Source of the DNA: Anaeromyxobacter sp.
Lineage (GTDB): Bacteria > Myxococcota > Myxococcia > Myxococcales > Anaeromyxobacteraceae
Length of the DNA stretch: 64,000 bases
Assembly: GCA_049840735.1 (NCBI GenBank)
Contig: JASGJN010000006.1
Span: 1-64,000 of the forward strand
Direction: 5' to 3'
In this document: piece by piece, positions 1-10,576 of the stretch
How positions within the stretch are numbered: the stretch's first letter is position 1
Layout of the letters: each line of letters opens with the position of its first letter
Program-made: the position numbers and the translations under genes
The notes under the pieces: generated by a model
Database searches by the model: none
Seen by the model: the letters and a program-made list of their open reading frames with translations, nothing else
What the model was told of the DNA's origin: nothing

Positions 1-19
1 AGAGCCTGCGATCAGGGCT

Positions 20-92
20 GTTCGCCCTTCGTCCTTCGACTGCGGGCCCGGCCGAGGCCGGGCCCTACGCCCAGGAGGCCCAGGGCGAACGG
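20..92. repeat. Dispersed palindromic (REP-like) element, copy 1
   Basis: GTTCGCCCT...CCTTCGACTGCG-hairpin(GGGCCCGGCC/GGCCGGGCCC)-TACGCCCAGG...AGGGCGAACGG; shares CTTCGAC/GTCGAAG and CCGTTCG ends with other copies in the window. Confidence 0.65.
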
Positions 93-123
93 AAGGTGGA
101 CAGGTCGGTGCGGGTCGCTGCCC

Positions 124-1512
124 TCACCCGATGCAGTCCAGCGCCTCGGCCACGGTGGAGACGCCCTGCAGCGCGAGCCCGGCGGGCGCGTCGGCGTGGC
201 GGGCGTTGGCGGCCGGGACCAGGGCCCGCTCGAACCCGAGCCGCGCGGCCTCGGCCAGGCGGCTCTCCGGCTGCGACACGGCCCGGACCTCGCCCGCCAG
301 GCCGATCTCGCCCAGGAAGAGCGTGCGCGGCGGGAGGGGGCGCTCGCGGAAGCTGGAGGCCAGCGCGAGGGCGGCGGCGAGGTCGGCCGCCGGGTCGTCC
401 ACGGTCAGGCCGCCGGCCACGTTGAGGAAGATGTCGCAGCCGAGGATGGCCATGCCGACCTTCTTCTCCAGCACGGCGGCCAGCAGCGCCACGCGGTTGC
501 CGTCGAAGCCGAGCGAGGTGCGGCGCGGGGTGCCAAAGCTGGTCTGCGCCACCAGCGACTGGACCTCGACCAGCACGGTGCGGGTGCCGTTGAGCACGGC
601 GGTGACGGCCGAGCCGGGCGCGTCCTCGGGGCGCTCGGCCAGGAACAGCGCCGACGGGTTGGGGACCTCGACCAGGCCGCCGGCCTTCATCTCGAAGACG
701 CCGATCTCGGCGGCGGAGCCGAAGCGGTTCTTGTGGGCGCGCAGCACGCGGTACGGGTGGGCGCCGCCGCCCTCGAAGTAGAGGACGGTGTCCACCATGT
801 GCTCGAGCACGCGCGGCCCGGCGATGGCGCCGTCCTTGGTGACGTGGCCGACCAGGAAGACGGGGGTCTCGGTGGTCTTGGCCAGGGCCATGAACCGGGC
901 CGCCACCTCGCGGATCTGCGTGACCGTGCCCGGCGCGCTGGGCAGCTCGGGCAGGTACTGGGTCTGGATGGAGTCCACCGCGACGGCGGCCGGCGTGAGC
1001 GCCTCGGCATGGCGCAGCACCTTCTGCGCGTCGGTCTCGGCCAGCACCTGGAGGTTGCCGGCCGTGACGCCCAGCCGGTCGGCCCGCAGCTTCACCTGGC
1101 GCGCCGACTCCTCGCCCGAGACGTAGAGCACCGGCCGGTCCGGCGTGGCCTTCGCCAGCCGATCCAGCGCGGCCAGGAGCAGCGTGGACTTGCCGATGCC
1201 CGGGTCGCCGCCCAGCAGGACCAGGGCGCCCGGCACCACGCCGCCGCCCAGCACGCGATCGAGCTCGCCCAGCCCGGTTCGCTGGCGCTCCTCGTCCCGC
1301 GCCTCGACCTCCCGCAGCGGCAGCGGCCGCGCGCTGCTGCCGGCGCCCCAGCCGCGCGCCACGGCGCCCTTGGGCTCCGGGGAGGCCAGCTCCTCGTGCA
1401 GCGTGTTCCACTGCCGGCAGGCGGGGCACTGGCCCAGCCACTTGGGGCTGGAGTGGCCGCACTCGGTGCAGGCGTAGACGGTCTTCTGGGCCTTGCCTGC
1501 GACGCGCGTCAT
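124..1512 (-). CDS. radA: DNA repair protein RadA/Sms
   Basis: N-terminal CTECG...GQCPAC zinc finger, Walker A GGDPGIGKST, KNRFG motif, Lon-like C-terminus. Confidence 0.97.
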   Translation of the reverse strand: MTRVAGKAQKTVYACTECGHSSPKWLGQCPACRQWNTLHEELASPEPKGAVARGWGAGSSARPLPLREVEARDEERQRTGLGELDRVLGGGVVPGALVLLGGDPGIGKSTLLLAALDRLAKATPDRPVLYVSGEESARQVKLRADRLGVTAGNLQVLAETDAQKVLRHAEALTPAAVAVDSIQTQYLPELPSAPGTVTQIREVAARFMALAKTTETPVFLVGHVTKDGAIAGPRVLEHMVDTVLYFEGGGAHPYRVLRAHKNRFGSAAEIGVFEMKAGGLVEVPNPSALFLAERPEDAPGSAVTAVLNGTRTVLVEVQSLVAQTSFGTPRRTSLGFDGNRVALLAAVLEKKVGMAILGCDIFLNVAGGLTVDDPAADLAAALALASSFRERPLPPRTLFLGEIGLAGEVRAVSQPESRLAEAARLGFERALVPAANARHADAPAGLALQGVSTVAEALDCIG

Positions 1513-1667
1513 GGCCCTCGGTAGCACGCGCCTCCGACACGCGCCGACAGTCTGCGCGGGCCGCACGCCCGGCCGTCTCTTGAGCCGCGTCCAGCAAATC
1601 GGGACACTCCGCTCCTCGCGCCCGCCCGCCCGGTCGTACACCAGGCGCAGGTCGCGCACCCGGAGCG

Positions 1668-2585
1668 ATGACGACGCACCCTCTCCAGCGCCTGCTCGCC
1701 TTGCTGCTCGCCGCCGCCGCGTGGCTCTTGCCCGCCGCCCACGCCCGCGGGGCGGACGTGGATCGCGATGGCCTGGACGATGGGCTGGAGGACCAGCTGC
1801 TGGCGCGGCACGCGCCGGTGGTGCTGCTGGCGCCGGGCGAGCAGGCGCTCCCCGCCAGCGTGGCCTGGACCCTGGCGCGCGCGCCGGTCGAGGCGCCGCG
1901 GCCTCCCCGCCCGCGCGTCATGCACGCCTCGGTGGTGGCGCCGCTCACGGCGCTGCTGCTGCCCGACCTGGATGTCGCCGAGGCCCACCTGCGCCTGGCC
2001 GGCGCGCTGCGGGACGGCAGCGCCGAGGCGGGGGAGTGGCGGGCGTACGGCCACGCCTACCGCGCGCCGGACGGCGGGGTGCTGCTGGGGTACTGGTTCT
2101 TCTACCCGTTCAACGACGCGTTCTGGGCCTTCGACCACGAGGGGGACTGGGAGCACGTCACCGTCCGGCTCGACGCCTCGGGCCGCCCGCTGGGTGCCTG
2201 GTTCGCGCAGCACGGCGACTGCGCGCCCGGGCGCTGGTCGGCCTGGTCGGCGCTGGCGCAGGAGGGCGGGCACCCGGTGGTCCTCTCCGCGCGCGGGACC
2301 CACGCCAGCTATCCGTCGATCGAGGCCGCGCCGCTGTGGGAGCGGGTCTGCGCCGTGCGCGAGCCGTCCGCCGCGGCCGGGGCCGGCTGCCGCGCCTGGC
2401 ACACCCTGGAAGGCGGCGTCGTGAACATGGGCGAGCGCGGCGCGCCGCGCGAGGGGTTCGTGGTCTGGCCCGGACGCTGGGGCGCCACCGGCGGCTTCGG
2501 GCGTGAAGGGCCCGCCGCCGCGCCGGAGGGGCCGGCCTTCCAGCCGGGCTGGTGCGCCGAGGGCGCGCCGGGGGCGTGCCCGTAG
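1668..2585 (+). CDS. Secreted Vps62-like protein
   Basis: Signal peptide ending AHA, DxDxDGLDD motif, YWFFYPFN...HEGDWEH motif, WPGRWG near C-terminus. Confidence 0.75.
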   Translation: MTTHPLQRLLALLLAAAAWLLPAAHARGADVDRDGLDDGLEDQLLARHAPVVLLAPGEQALPASVAWTLARAPVEAPRPPRPRVMHASVVAPLTALLLPDLDVAEAHLRLAGALRDGSAEAGEWRAYGHAYRAPDGGVLLGYWFFYPFNDAFWAFDHEGDWEHVTVRLDASGRPLGAWFAQHGDCAPGRWSAWSALAQEGGHPVVLSARGTHASYPSIEAAPLWERVCAVREPSAAAGAGCRAWHTLEGGVVNMGERGAPREGFVVWPGRWGATGGFGREGPAAAPEGPAFQPGWCAEGAPGACP

Positions 2586-2686
2586 AGACGGGCCTCAGGC
2601 GTCGGGCCACGGGCCTCGGGTTGAAGAGCCTCGGCGCTGGACGCAGCAGGGGCGCGCGGCCGGGGCTGCGCCGCGCGCCCCCAAGC

Positions 2687-2839
2687 TCAAACCGCCGCCG
2701 AGCCGCGCCGGATGACCGCGAGGATCAGGGTGACGACCGCCAGCACGAGCAGGATGTGCACCCAAGAGCCGATCGCGGAGCCGGACACCAGCCCCAGCGC
2801 CCAGAGCACCAGCAGGATGACCGTGATGGTCCAGAGCAT
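2687..2839 (-). CDS. Lmo0937-family small membrane protein (50 aa)
   Basis: [36 protein letters not shown]...; purine-rich RBS GGAGGGGA upstream. Confidence 0.9.
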   Translation of the reverse strand: MLWTITVILLVLWALGLVSGSAIGSWVHILLVLAVVTLILAVIRRGSAAV

Positions 2840-2942
2840 GTTTCCCCTCCCTGCCGGAAAAGTAGCCACGCGCCTGCGGGGGCGCGGCAGCCCGGTCTCC
2901 CTCCGGGTGTAGAAAGGCGAGTCGCTTCGGCTGCTTGGGTCA

Positions 2943-2975
2943 TTGTAAACCCATCGTGGTCGGTCGGGTTGACGA
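2943..2975. promoter_or_regulatory. Putative BirA biotin operator overlapping the bioB promoter
   Basis: TTGTAAACC-N15-GGTTGACGA fits the proteobacterial BirA palindrome; overlaps -35 TTGACG (2969-2974); extended -10 TGgTAGGTT at 2988-2996. Confidence 0.8.
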
Positions 2976-3004
2976 GGCGTTCCGCCATGGTAGGTTGCCG
3001 CGCC

Positions 3005-4081
3005 ATGCACGAGACCCCCCACGCCCTGCCGCCCGGCATCGAGCCCATCCCGGTGGAGGAGGCCCGCCGCCTCATCCACCACACCTCCGGCGCCGAGCTG
3101 GAGGCGCTGCTGGACCGCGCCGAGGCCGTCCGCCGCGCCGTGCACGGCGACCAGGTGGCGCTGTGCGGGATCACCAACGCCAAGAGCGGGCGCTGCGCCG
3201 AGGACTGCGGGTTCTGCTCGCAGTCGGCCCGCTTCCCCGACGCCGAGTCGCCGGTCTACCCGCTCATCGGGCCGGACGAGATCGTGGCCCAGGCCAAGGC
3301 GGCCGAGCGGGCCGGGGCGCGCGAGTTCTCCATCGTCGCCAGCGGCACGCGCATGTCGAAGGAGAGCGAGCTGGCCTCGCTGGAGGCGTCGGTCCGCAAG
3401 CTGCGCGCCGAGACGGCGGTCGAGCCCTGCGCCTCGCTGGGGCTGATGGCGGAGCCGGAGCTGGCGCGCCTCAAGGCGGCCGGGCTCATGCACTACCACC
3501 ACAACCTCGAGACCGCCCGGTCGCACTTCGACAAGGTCTGCACCACGCACACCTACGACCAGCAGCTCGAGACCATCCGCGCCGCCAAGAAGCTGGGGCT
3601 GCAGCTCTGCTCCGGCGGCATCCTGGGCATGGGCGAGACGCCCGAGCAGCGGGTGGAGCTGGCCGAGACCATCCGCGAGCTGGGCGTGCACTGCGTGCCC
3701 ATGAACTTCCTCAACCCGCGGCCGGGCACGCCCATGGCCGACCTCAAGGCCATCACCGCCGAGGAGTGCCTGGCGGCCGTGGCGGTCTTCCGCCTGATGA
3801 TGCCGGCGGCCTCCATCTTCGTGATGGGCGGGCGCGAGGTGAACCTGGGCGACAAGCAGCACCTGATCTTCCGCGCCGGCGCCAACGGCACCATGGTCGG
3901 CAACTACCTGACCAGCGCCGGCCGCGCGCCCGAGCTGACGGTGCACATGGTGGAGGCGCAGGGGATGACGCTGCGCGCGCCGGACACCGATCGCCCCTGG
4001 AGCTTCGACGGGCACGCGCCGCGCGAGGCGGACTGGAACGTCCGCGCCACCGAGCGGCGCAGCCTGCCGGTGGTCCGGTAG
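3005..4081 (+). CDS. bioB: Biotin synthase
   Basis: Radical SAM motif [30 protein letters not shown]. Confidence 0.97.
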   Translation: MHETPHALPPGIEPIPVEEARRLIHHTSGAELEALLDRAEAVRRAVHGDQVALCGITNAKSGRCAEDCGFCSQSARFPDAESPVYPLIGPDEIVAQAKAAERAGAREFSIVASGTRMSKESELASLEASVRKLRAETAVEPCASLGLMAEPELARLKAAGLMHYHHNLETARSHFDKVCTTHTYDQQLETIRAAKKLGLQLCSGGILGMGETPEQRVELAETIRELGVHCVPMNFLNPRPGTPMADLKAITAEECLAAVAVFRLMMPAASIFVMGGREVNLGDKQHLIFRAGANGTMVGNYLTSAGRAPELTVHMVEAQGMTLRAPDTDRPWSFDGHAPREADWNVRATERRSLPVVR

Positions 4082-4084
4082 CCG

Positions 4085-5266
4085 GTGGGCGGCACCGGCC
4101 GGCTGGGCTGGATCGCGGGCGAGCTGGCCGCCCTGGAGGAGAAGGGGCTCCGGCGGACGCTGGAGCCGCTCGACGCGGGGCAGGGGCCCACGCTCTCGGT
4201 GGGCGGCCGGCGGCTGGTCAACCTGTCCTCCAACGACTACCTGGGGCTAGCCTGCCACCCGGCGGTGATCGCCGCCGCCTGCGAGGCGGCGCGCGCCGAG
4301 GGGGCGGGCAGCGGCGCCTCCCGGCTGGTCTCCGGCGACCTGCCCTCGCACGGCGCGCTGGAGCGCCGGCTGGCGGCGTGGAAGGGGCAGGAGGCGGCGC
4401 TGCTGTTCGGCTCCGGCTACCACGCCAACGCCGGCGTGCCCCCGGCGCTGGTGGGGCGGGGCGACGCCATCTTCTCCGACGTCCTCAACCACGCCTCCAT
4501 CATCGACGGCTGCCTGCTCTCGCGGGCGGAGCTGGTGCGCTACCGCCACCGCGACGTGGACGAGCTCGCCGCGCTGCTCCGTGGCACGAAGGCCCGGCGC
4601 AAGCTGGTCATCACCGACGCCATCTTCTCCATGGACGGCGACGCAGCGCCCCTCCGCGAGCTGGCGGAGCTGTGCGCGCGCCACGAAGCCGTGCTCTACG
4701 TGGACGAGGCGCACGCCGCCGGCGTGCTGGGCCCCACCGGCGCCGGGCTGGCCGAGGCGCTGGGGGTGAGCGGGCAGGTGGACGTGCACATGGGCACGCT
4801 GGGCAAGGCGCTGGGCGCGTCCGGCGCCTACGTGGCCGGGGCCCGGGCGCTCACCGAGCTGCTCACCTCGCGGGCGCGGACGTTCGTGTTCACCACCGCG
4901 CTCCCGCCCGCCGCCAGCGGCGCGGCCCTGGCGGCGCTGGAGCTGGTGCAGCGCGAGCCGCAGCGGCGGGCCCGGGTGATGGCGCTGACGCGCCGGCTGC
5001 AGGCCGGGCTGGCGCGGCTGGGGTTCGACGTGGCCGCGGTGGAGGCGCCCATCCTGCCGGTGGTGCTGGGCAGCGAGGCGCGGGCGCTGGCCGCGGCCGC
5101 CGCGCTGCGCGAGCGCGGGTTCCACGTGAAGGCCATCCGCCCGCCCACCGTGCCCCGCGGCACCAGCCGGCTGCGGATCACGCTCCGCGCCGACCACCAG
5201 GAGGCGCAGGTGGACGCGTTCCTGGGGGCGCTGGAGGAGGTCTTGAAGGTGTTGCCGGCGGAGTAG
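4085..5266 (+). CDS. bioF: 8-amino-7-oxononanoate synthase
   Basis: SSNDYLGL, NHASIIDG, FSMDGD, DEAH, GTLGKA (PLP lysine); directly follows bioB. Confidence 0.96.
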   Translation: MGGTGRLGWIAGELAALEEKGLRRTLEPLDAGQGPTLSVGGRRLVNLSSNDYLGLACHPAVIAAACEAARAEGAGSGASRLVSGDLPSHGALERRLAAWKGQEAALLFGSGYHANAGVPPALVGRGDAIFSDVLNHASIIDGCLLSRAELVRYRHRDVDELAALLRGTKARRKLVITDAIFSMDGDAAPLRELAELCARHEAVLYVDEAHAAGVLGPTGAGLAEALGVSGQVDVHMGTLGKALGASGAYVAGARALTELLTSRARTFVFTTALPPAASGAALAALELVQREPQRRARVMALTRRLQAGLARLGFDVAAVEAPILPVVLGSEARALAAAAALRERGFHVKAIRPPTVPRGTSRLRITLRADHQEAQVDAFLGALEEVLKVLPAE

Positions 5267-5332
5267 CGCGCCACTGGGGCGCCGCATCGGCAGCGCCGTG
5301 GCGGTGGCGCAAGGGCGCCGCGCACGAAGAGC

Positions 5333-5407
5333 CCCGTTCGCCCTGGGTCCTTCGACTTCGCACCCGCCACGCGGGTGCCACGCTCAGGACGGGCGGAGTC
5401 GAAGGGC
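5333..5407. repeat. Dispersed palindromic element, copy 2
   Basis: CCGTTCGCCCTGGG-TCCTTCGACTTCG-hairpin(CACCCGC/GCGGGTG)-ACGCTCAGGAC-GGCGGAGTCGAAGGG. Confidence 0.7.
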
Positions 5408-5438
5408 AGGCCTCCGCCCGCTGGGATAGACTCCGCCC

Positions 5439-6089
5439 GTGCCTCCCACCCGCACCGTCCACTGCGGCGACGGCGTCGCCTGGCTCGCGGACCACAGCCC
5501 GCTCCCGGCCGACCACGCCGTGGTCACCTCGCTCCCCGACCACTCCGAGCTGCCCGCGCTGGGCTTCGAGGGCTGGCGTGCCTGGTTCGCCGAGACCGCC
5601 GCGCTGGCCTGCCGGGCCGTGGCGGACGAGGCGGTGGCGGTGCTCTACCAGACCGACGTGAAGCACGACGGCCGCTGGGTGGACAAGGCGTACCTGGCGC
5701 AGCAGGGGGCGGAGCGCGCCGGCAGCCACCTGCTCTGGCACAAGGTGGTGTGCCGCGTGCCGGCAGGCGCGATCACCCACGGCCGCCCCGCCTACGCCCA
5801 CCTGCTCTGCTTCTCCCGCGCGCTGCGGCTCACGCCCGGCCAGTCCAGCGCCGACGTGCTGCCCGGCCTGGGCCAGATGACCTGGCCACGCGCCATGGGG
5901 ACCGCGGCCTGCGAGGCGGTGGTGAAGTTCCTGCTGGCGCACACCGCCTGCCGGACCGTGGTGGACCCGTTCTGCGGCATGGGCACCATGCTGGCGGCGG
6001 CCAACGCGGGCGGGCTGGACGCCGTGGGCGTGGAGCTGTCGGGGCGGCGGGCGGGGAGGGCGAGGGGGTTGGTGCTGCGGGGGAGGTGA
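5439..6089 (+). CDS. SAM-dependent methyltransferase, DNA N4/N6-methylase-like layout
   Basis: VHCGD...VVTSLPD near N-terminus; VVDPFCGMGT...GVEL SAM-binding motif near C-terminus. Confidence 0.8.
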   Translation: MPPTRTVHCGDGVAWLADHSPLPADHAVVTSLPDHSELPALGFEGWRAWFAETAALACRAVADEAVAVLYQTDVKHDGRWVDKAYLAQQGAERAGSHLLWHKVVCRVPAGAITHGRPAYAHLLCFSRALRLTPGQSSADVLPGLGQMTWPRAMGTAACEAVVKFLLAHTACRTVVDPFCGMGTMLAAANAGGLDAVGVELSGRRAGRARGLVLRGR

Positions 6090-6100
6090 GGGAGCTTCAC

Positions 6101-6494
6101 TCACCCGAAGTGACGCAGCACGTCCCCGACGCCCTCGGCGCTCAGCTCCAGCGCCTGGTCGTAGCCGGGGTTGAGCGCGATCCCCGCCTCGCCCACCAGC
6201 GCGCGCAGGAGCTCGCGCGCGTTGATGGTCATGACGTAGGGCGCGGTCCGCGCCAGGCGCTTCGCGCGCCCGGCGCTGGAGAAGACCGCCACCAGCCCCG
6301 CGCCCGGCTGGCCGAACGCCACCGGCGAGAGCCCCGAGCCGTCGGGCTGGATCTCGGTGGTGCTGGGAACGGCGATTCTCGCTCTCCAGCAGCACCTTCA
6401 GCAGGTCCTGCAGCTCCAGCATCCCCTGGCGGGCGGCCACCAGCGCCACCTCCAGCTCGTTCTCGGGGATGAGCCGGAAGGAAGCCTCGGCCAT
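6101..6494 (-). CDS. SseB-family protein (frameshift near 6376, probably sequencing error)
   Basis: PENELEVAL...VAVFSS...GIALNPG; one-base removal at GATTC 6374-6378 joins the two frames. Confidence 0.75.
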
Positions 6495-6606
6495 GGTCGT
6501 GACCCTCGGTGATGGACGCGCCGAGTGTAGCACCGCGTACGGGCCGGGACGCGGCTGCGCCGGGCAGGCGTGAGGTCCGCGCCGCGGACGCTCCAACCGA
6601 GACACA

Positions 6607-6623
6607 CTGAACACTTGTTCCGG
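6607..6623 (+). promoter_or_regulatory. Putative myxobacterial LexA (SOS) box
   Basis: CTGAACACTTGTTCCGG matches the M. xanthus LexA consensus CTRHAMRYBYGTTCAGS at 16 of 17 positions; ends 27 nt before the HNH gene ATG. Confidence 0.7.
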
Positions 6624-6650
6624 TCCCGCCGACTCCTCATACTTCGAGTC

Positions 6651-7759
6651 ATGGAAGCTGCGTTCGAGGACATCGTGGTCTGGGCGCGCGAGCCGATCGA
6701 GGTGGTGGGAGGGCGCTGCGGGAGCGCAAGGTGCTGCGGGCGGCGCTCTGGTCGGGCGACCTGAAGCTGCGGGCGGCGCAGGTCATCGTGCCAGTGGCCA
6801 AGGGGGGGGCCGAGGCGGAGTGGGTGGAGAAGGCCAGGCAGTACACGGTGCGCGCGCTGGAGCTGGAGGTGCGGGCGGTCACCGGCGCGCCGCCCGACGA
6901 CGAGGACGCGCCGCTCTACCGGATCTTGGCGCAGACCACCGAGGATGAGCGGCTGCTGATCGACGAGGCGCTGGAGCTGGCCGGGCGGGTCGAGCCCGGC
7001 GCCAGCCGGACGCGGCGCATCGAGGTCATCGTGCAGGAGTTCCTGGGCGCCATGACCCGGTAGCTCCGACCAGCCGGTCAGCGCCCACTCCGTCCCTGGG
7101 CTTCCGGCCGCTCTTCTCCGAGCCGCAGCGGCGGGCCCATGGCCGAGGCCGAGCAGGGCGGCTGGGTCCACCTGCCCAAGGTGGAGGCGGCGCTGCTGGC
7201 GCTGGAGATCGAGTTCGATGACGCGGATGACGCCAAGACCACCGCGTCACGCAGCGCCCAGCTCCGGGTCGAGGTGGCCGAGGAGCAGGCGGCGCAGCTG
7301 CGTGCCGCCTCCAAGGTGTCAGCGGTCCTGCCGGAGCACCTGGCCCTGCTCCTGGCGGCCGCCGTGTTCAACGCCCGGGCGAAGTTCGGGACCAACCTGT
7401 CCATGGGCCGCTGCCTGGCCATCATGTCCGCGCACTTCCTGGTCACCTGGGAGCAGCAGGGGAAGCAGCGGAAGACGAGGTCGCAGGAGATCCGGGCGCG
7501 GGACGACGGCCGCTGCCAGGTGCCCGGGTGCAGCCACGCCTCGGCCCACGCGCACCACATCGTCCCCCGCTCGCAGGGCGGCAGCGACGACCCGGAGAAC
7601 CTGGTCGGGCTCTGCTCCTTCCACCACCTGGTCGGCGTGCATGGCGGCTACCTGGAGGTCTACCGGGAGCCCGTGACCAAGGCGCTGGTCTGGCTGCGGC
7701 AGGGGCAGCTCTTCACCGGGCGGCCCGAGGCCGACCCGCTGCCGGTGGCGCGGGCGTGA
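6651..7759 (+). pseudogene. Disrupted HNH endonuclease gene (helical N-terminal region plus intact C-terminal HNH ORF 7139-7759)
   Basis: RDDGRCQVPGC...HHIVPRSQGG...NLVGLCSFHH; N-terminal part broken by a frameshift near 6710 and by indels/TAG at 7061-7140. Confidence 0.75.
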
Positions 7760-7918
7760 GCGGCCTCATGATTGGCCAGCAGCGTTCCGCGGGGGAAGCG
7801 CCGGGAGCACGCGCTCCCGGTCCGTCCCAACCGTTCGTTCCACCCGATCCCGTCGCCTCAGGCTGGGCCGCCAAGGACAATCCGGGCGGCCCGGCCAAGC
7901 GCCGGCTAGATTCCCCGC

Positions 7919-8140
7919 ATGGCGGGATCGCTGGGCCGGACGCTGCTGGTGGTGGGGCTCACCATGGCCGTGGTGGGCGTCCTGCTGCTCCTCTCGGAGC
8001 GCTTCCCCTGGCTGCGGCTGGGCCGGCTCCCGGGCGACCTCACCTTCGGCGGCCAGAACGCCCGGGTCTACCTGCCGCTCGGGACCTCGCTGCTGCTGTC
8101 GCTGGTCCTGTCGCTGCTGCTCTGGCTGTTCCGGCGCTGA
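7919..8140 (+). CDS. DUF2905-family small membrane protein
   Basis: LGRLPGDL...VYLPLGTSLLLS signature between two TM segments. Confidence 0.9.
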   Translation: MAGSLGRTLLVVGLTMAVVGVLLLLSERFPWLRLGRLPGDLTFGGQNARVYLPLGTSLLLSLVLSLLLWLFRR

Positions 8141-8166
8141 CCTCCGGAGAGATCAGCGCCGGCCGG

Positions 8167-8210
8167 CCTTCGACTCCGCCCGCCCTGGGCTCGCCGAAGG
8201 GCTCAGGCGA
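8167..8210. repeat. Dispersed palindromic element, copy 3 (degenerate)
   Basis: CCTTCGACTCCGCCCGCCCTGGGC...GCTCAGGCG between convergent genes. Confidence 0.55.
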
Positions 8211-8244
8211 GATCGCTTCGGGGGCCCGGTCTTGCGGCAGCCCG

Positions 8245-10483
8245 CTAATGCGCGTTCACCCCGGCCCGCATGGTGAACGTCGAGCTGGCCGTCCCCAGCG
8301 TCCCGGCGATGCTCCCGGTGCACAGCCCGTGGAAGGCGGTGCAGCTCACCGAGGCGTTCTTGTAGAGCGAGTAGCTGGTGTTGGTCACGAAGCCCGGGCT
8401 GCCCAGGAGCAGGGCCTGGAGCTGCTGGCTCGTGACGTCGCCGGGGAGCTGGAAGGCGAAGACGATGGCGCCGGTGGAGCTGTTGGCGATGGCGATGGTG
8501 CGGCCCGGCGTCCCGCCGGTGGTCGTGACCGCGTCCTGGCTCGCGACGTTGGGGACCGTCAGCCCGCCGCCGGCGCCGACGAAGGTTCCGCCCAGCACCG
8601 AGAACAGGTGGCTGCCGGTGCCGGAGTCGGCGTCGAGCCCTTCCTCCGGGGCCGCCGCGCCCTGCGCCACCACCACGCCGCCGCTGATGGTCATGACGCC
8701 GTTGGAGTCGATGGCGTCGTTGCCGGTGGACCGGGCGTAGATCTGGCCGCCGGTGATGAAGACGCCGGCGCCTGCATTCATGGCGTCGTCCTTGGCGACG
8801 GACGAGATGGTCCCGCCGGTCACGGTGAGGTCGGACTTGGCCTCGAATCCCCTCCGGGCTGAGCTTGCTGCTGGTGCTGGTGCAGGTGGAGGTCCAGTTG
8901 CGGGAGTCGGACGGGTCGCAGGGGGTGCCGGTGGTCGTGACCGAGATGGTGCCGCCGTTGATGGTCACGAAGGGATCGGGATCCCGCGCGTTGCAGGCCA
9001 GGTCGCCGTCCTCGTCGCACTCCCAGGCGGCGGTGATGCCCTTGTCGTAGGAGGTGACGGTGATGGCGCCGCCGTTCACGACCACGAAGCCGAGCGGGCT
9101 GGTCGCGTCCTCGACGCCGGCCACCTTGATGCCCTTCCCGTCGGCGGCGGTGATGGCGAGGGATCCGCCGTCCATGACGAAGGCGCGGACGGCGTGGACG
9201 GCGTTCTTGGTGGGCGCGAGGGTGAGCGCGCCGCTGCGGATCCGGATGTGGGCGGCGGTGTTGAGCGCCTGCTTCTTCTTGCCGTTGAGGGTGAGCGTGC
9301 TGCCGGTGGTCCCCTCGCTGAACAGCAGCGGACCGGCGCCCAGGATGGTGGCGTACTGCGCGGCGGCCGTCTCCGCGCCCAGCGCCATGGTGGTGTCCAG
9401 CGTGTAGGTGGCGGCGTCGGCCAGCGTGCTCTGCCCCTGCAGCACCACGAAGGCGCGCACCGCCGAGGGGATGTAGATGGCCGGGCCGGAGGCGCTGGTG
9501 ATCGTGACCGCGTCGAGCGTCAGCTTGAACCGCTCGGCGCTGGTGAAGGTGAGCCCGTTGGTGAACGCGCCCGAGAGCACGTAGTGGATGTAGCCGCCGG
9601 TGAGCGTCGAGGTGACCGCCACGCCGGTGCCGGTCTCGCGGATGGTCACGACGGTGGCCCCGCCCAGCGAGAGCTGGGTCACGCCGCCGGTGGTGGCGCC
9701 CACGGTGAGCCCGCTGGCGGTGACGGACAGCGCGCCGGCGTGGCCGAGGTTCACCGTGTAGCCGAAGGCGGTGTTCTCGACCAGGTCGGCGGGGTTGGAG
9801 CCGTCGTCCAGGTACCAGGCGTCGTCGACGTCGGCGCTGGGGGTGGTGACGGTGAGCGTGGCGGTGAGGCTGGTCGCGTCGCCGTAGGCGTTGTGGACCA
9901 CGGCGTGGTAGTCGCCGGCGTCGCCGGTGGTCACCGACGCGAAGGTGAGCGAGGCGTCGGTCGCGCCCTGGATCGCCGAGGTCCCCTTGTACCACTGGTA
10001 GCCGAGGGTCCCGCCGCCGGTGGCGCTGACGCTGAAGGTGACGCTGCTGCCGGCCAGCACCGAGCGCGAGGCGGGCTGGGAGACGATCTCCGGCGCGCTG
10101 GTGTCGAGCGTGGTGACGCTCACCACCGCCGCTGCGCTGGTGACCGTGCCGTACCCGCTGGAGACCACGACGTGGTAGCTGCCCGCGTCGGCGGTGGTCG
10201 CCGAGGCGACGACATGGGTGGCGTCGGTGGCGCCCTCGAGCTGGGCGCCGTCCTTGAACCACTGGTAGGCGAGCGTGCCGCTGCCCTGCGCGGTCACGGC
10301 CAGCGTGAAGCCGCCCCCGACCACCGCGGAGGTGGACTGGGGCTGCGTCACGATGGACGGCGCCGTGGTGTCGGTCCCGCCGGTGTCGTCATCGGCGCTT
10401 CCACCGGTGCTGCCGCCGCAGCCGGTCGCGGCGCCAGCGGCCAGCAGCGCCAGCAGGAGTCCGAGCTTCTCGAGGGTGGTCAT
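8245..10483 (-). CDS. Lipoprotein with two Ig-like domains and a Cthe_2159-like carbohydrate-binding beta-helix (frameshift near 8847)
   Basis: Lipobox-like AATGC; two APxIVxQP...YQWxK...DAGxY Ig repeats; INGGTI/DAIDSNG repeats; GAATC->GATC restores EGIEAKSDLTVTGG. Confidence 0.8.
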
Positions 10484-10487
10484 GTGT

Positions 10488-10576
10488 GGTCTCCGGCCGG
10501 TGGCTGCCGAGGGAAGGTGCGGTGCCCGCCCCGGGTGAGACGGAGGGCAGCCGCGTCCTGTTCCCGGCCGGAGACC
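10488..10576 (-). promoter_or_regulatory. Nested stem-loop in 5' leader covering the RBS of the lipoprotein gene
   Basis: Perfect 13-bp inverted repeat 10488-10500 / 10564-10576 plus inner 7-bp stem 10502-10508 / 10546-10552. Confidence 0.45.

Noticed and set aside
5439..6089. Methyltransferase as a BioC substitute in the bio operon
   Set aside because: Separated from bioF by a repeat, has its own promoter-like box, and its motif order is unlike BioC
7061..7063. In-frame TAG in the HNH gene as pyrrolysine or readthrough
   Set aside because: Sequence after the stop reads best in two other frames, indicating several indels rather than recoding
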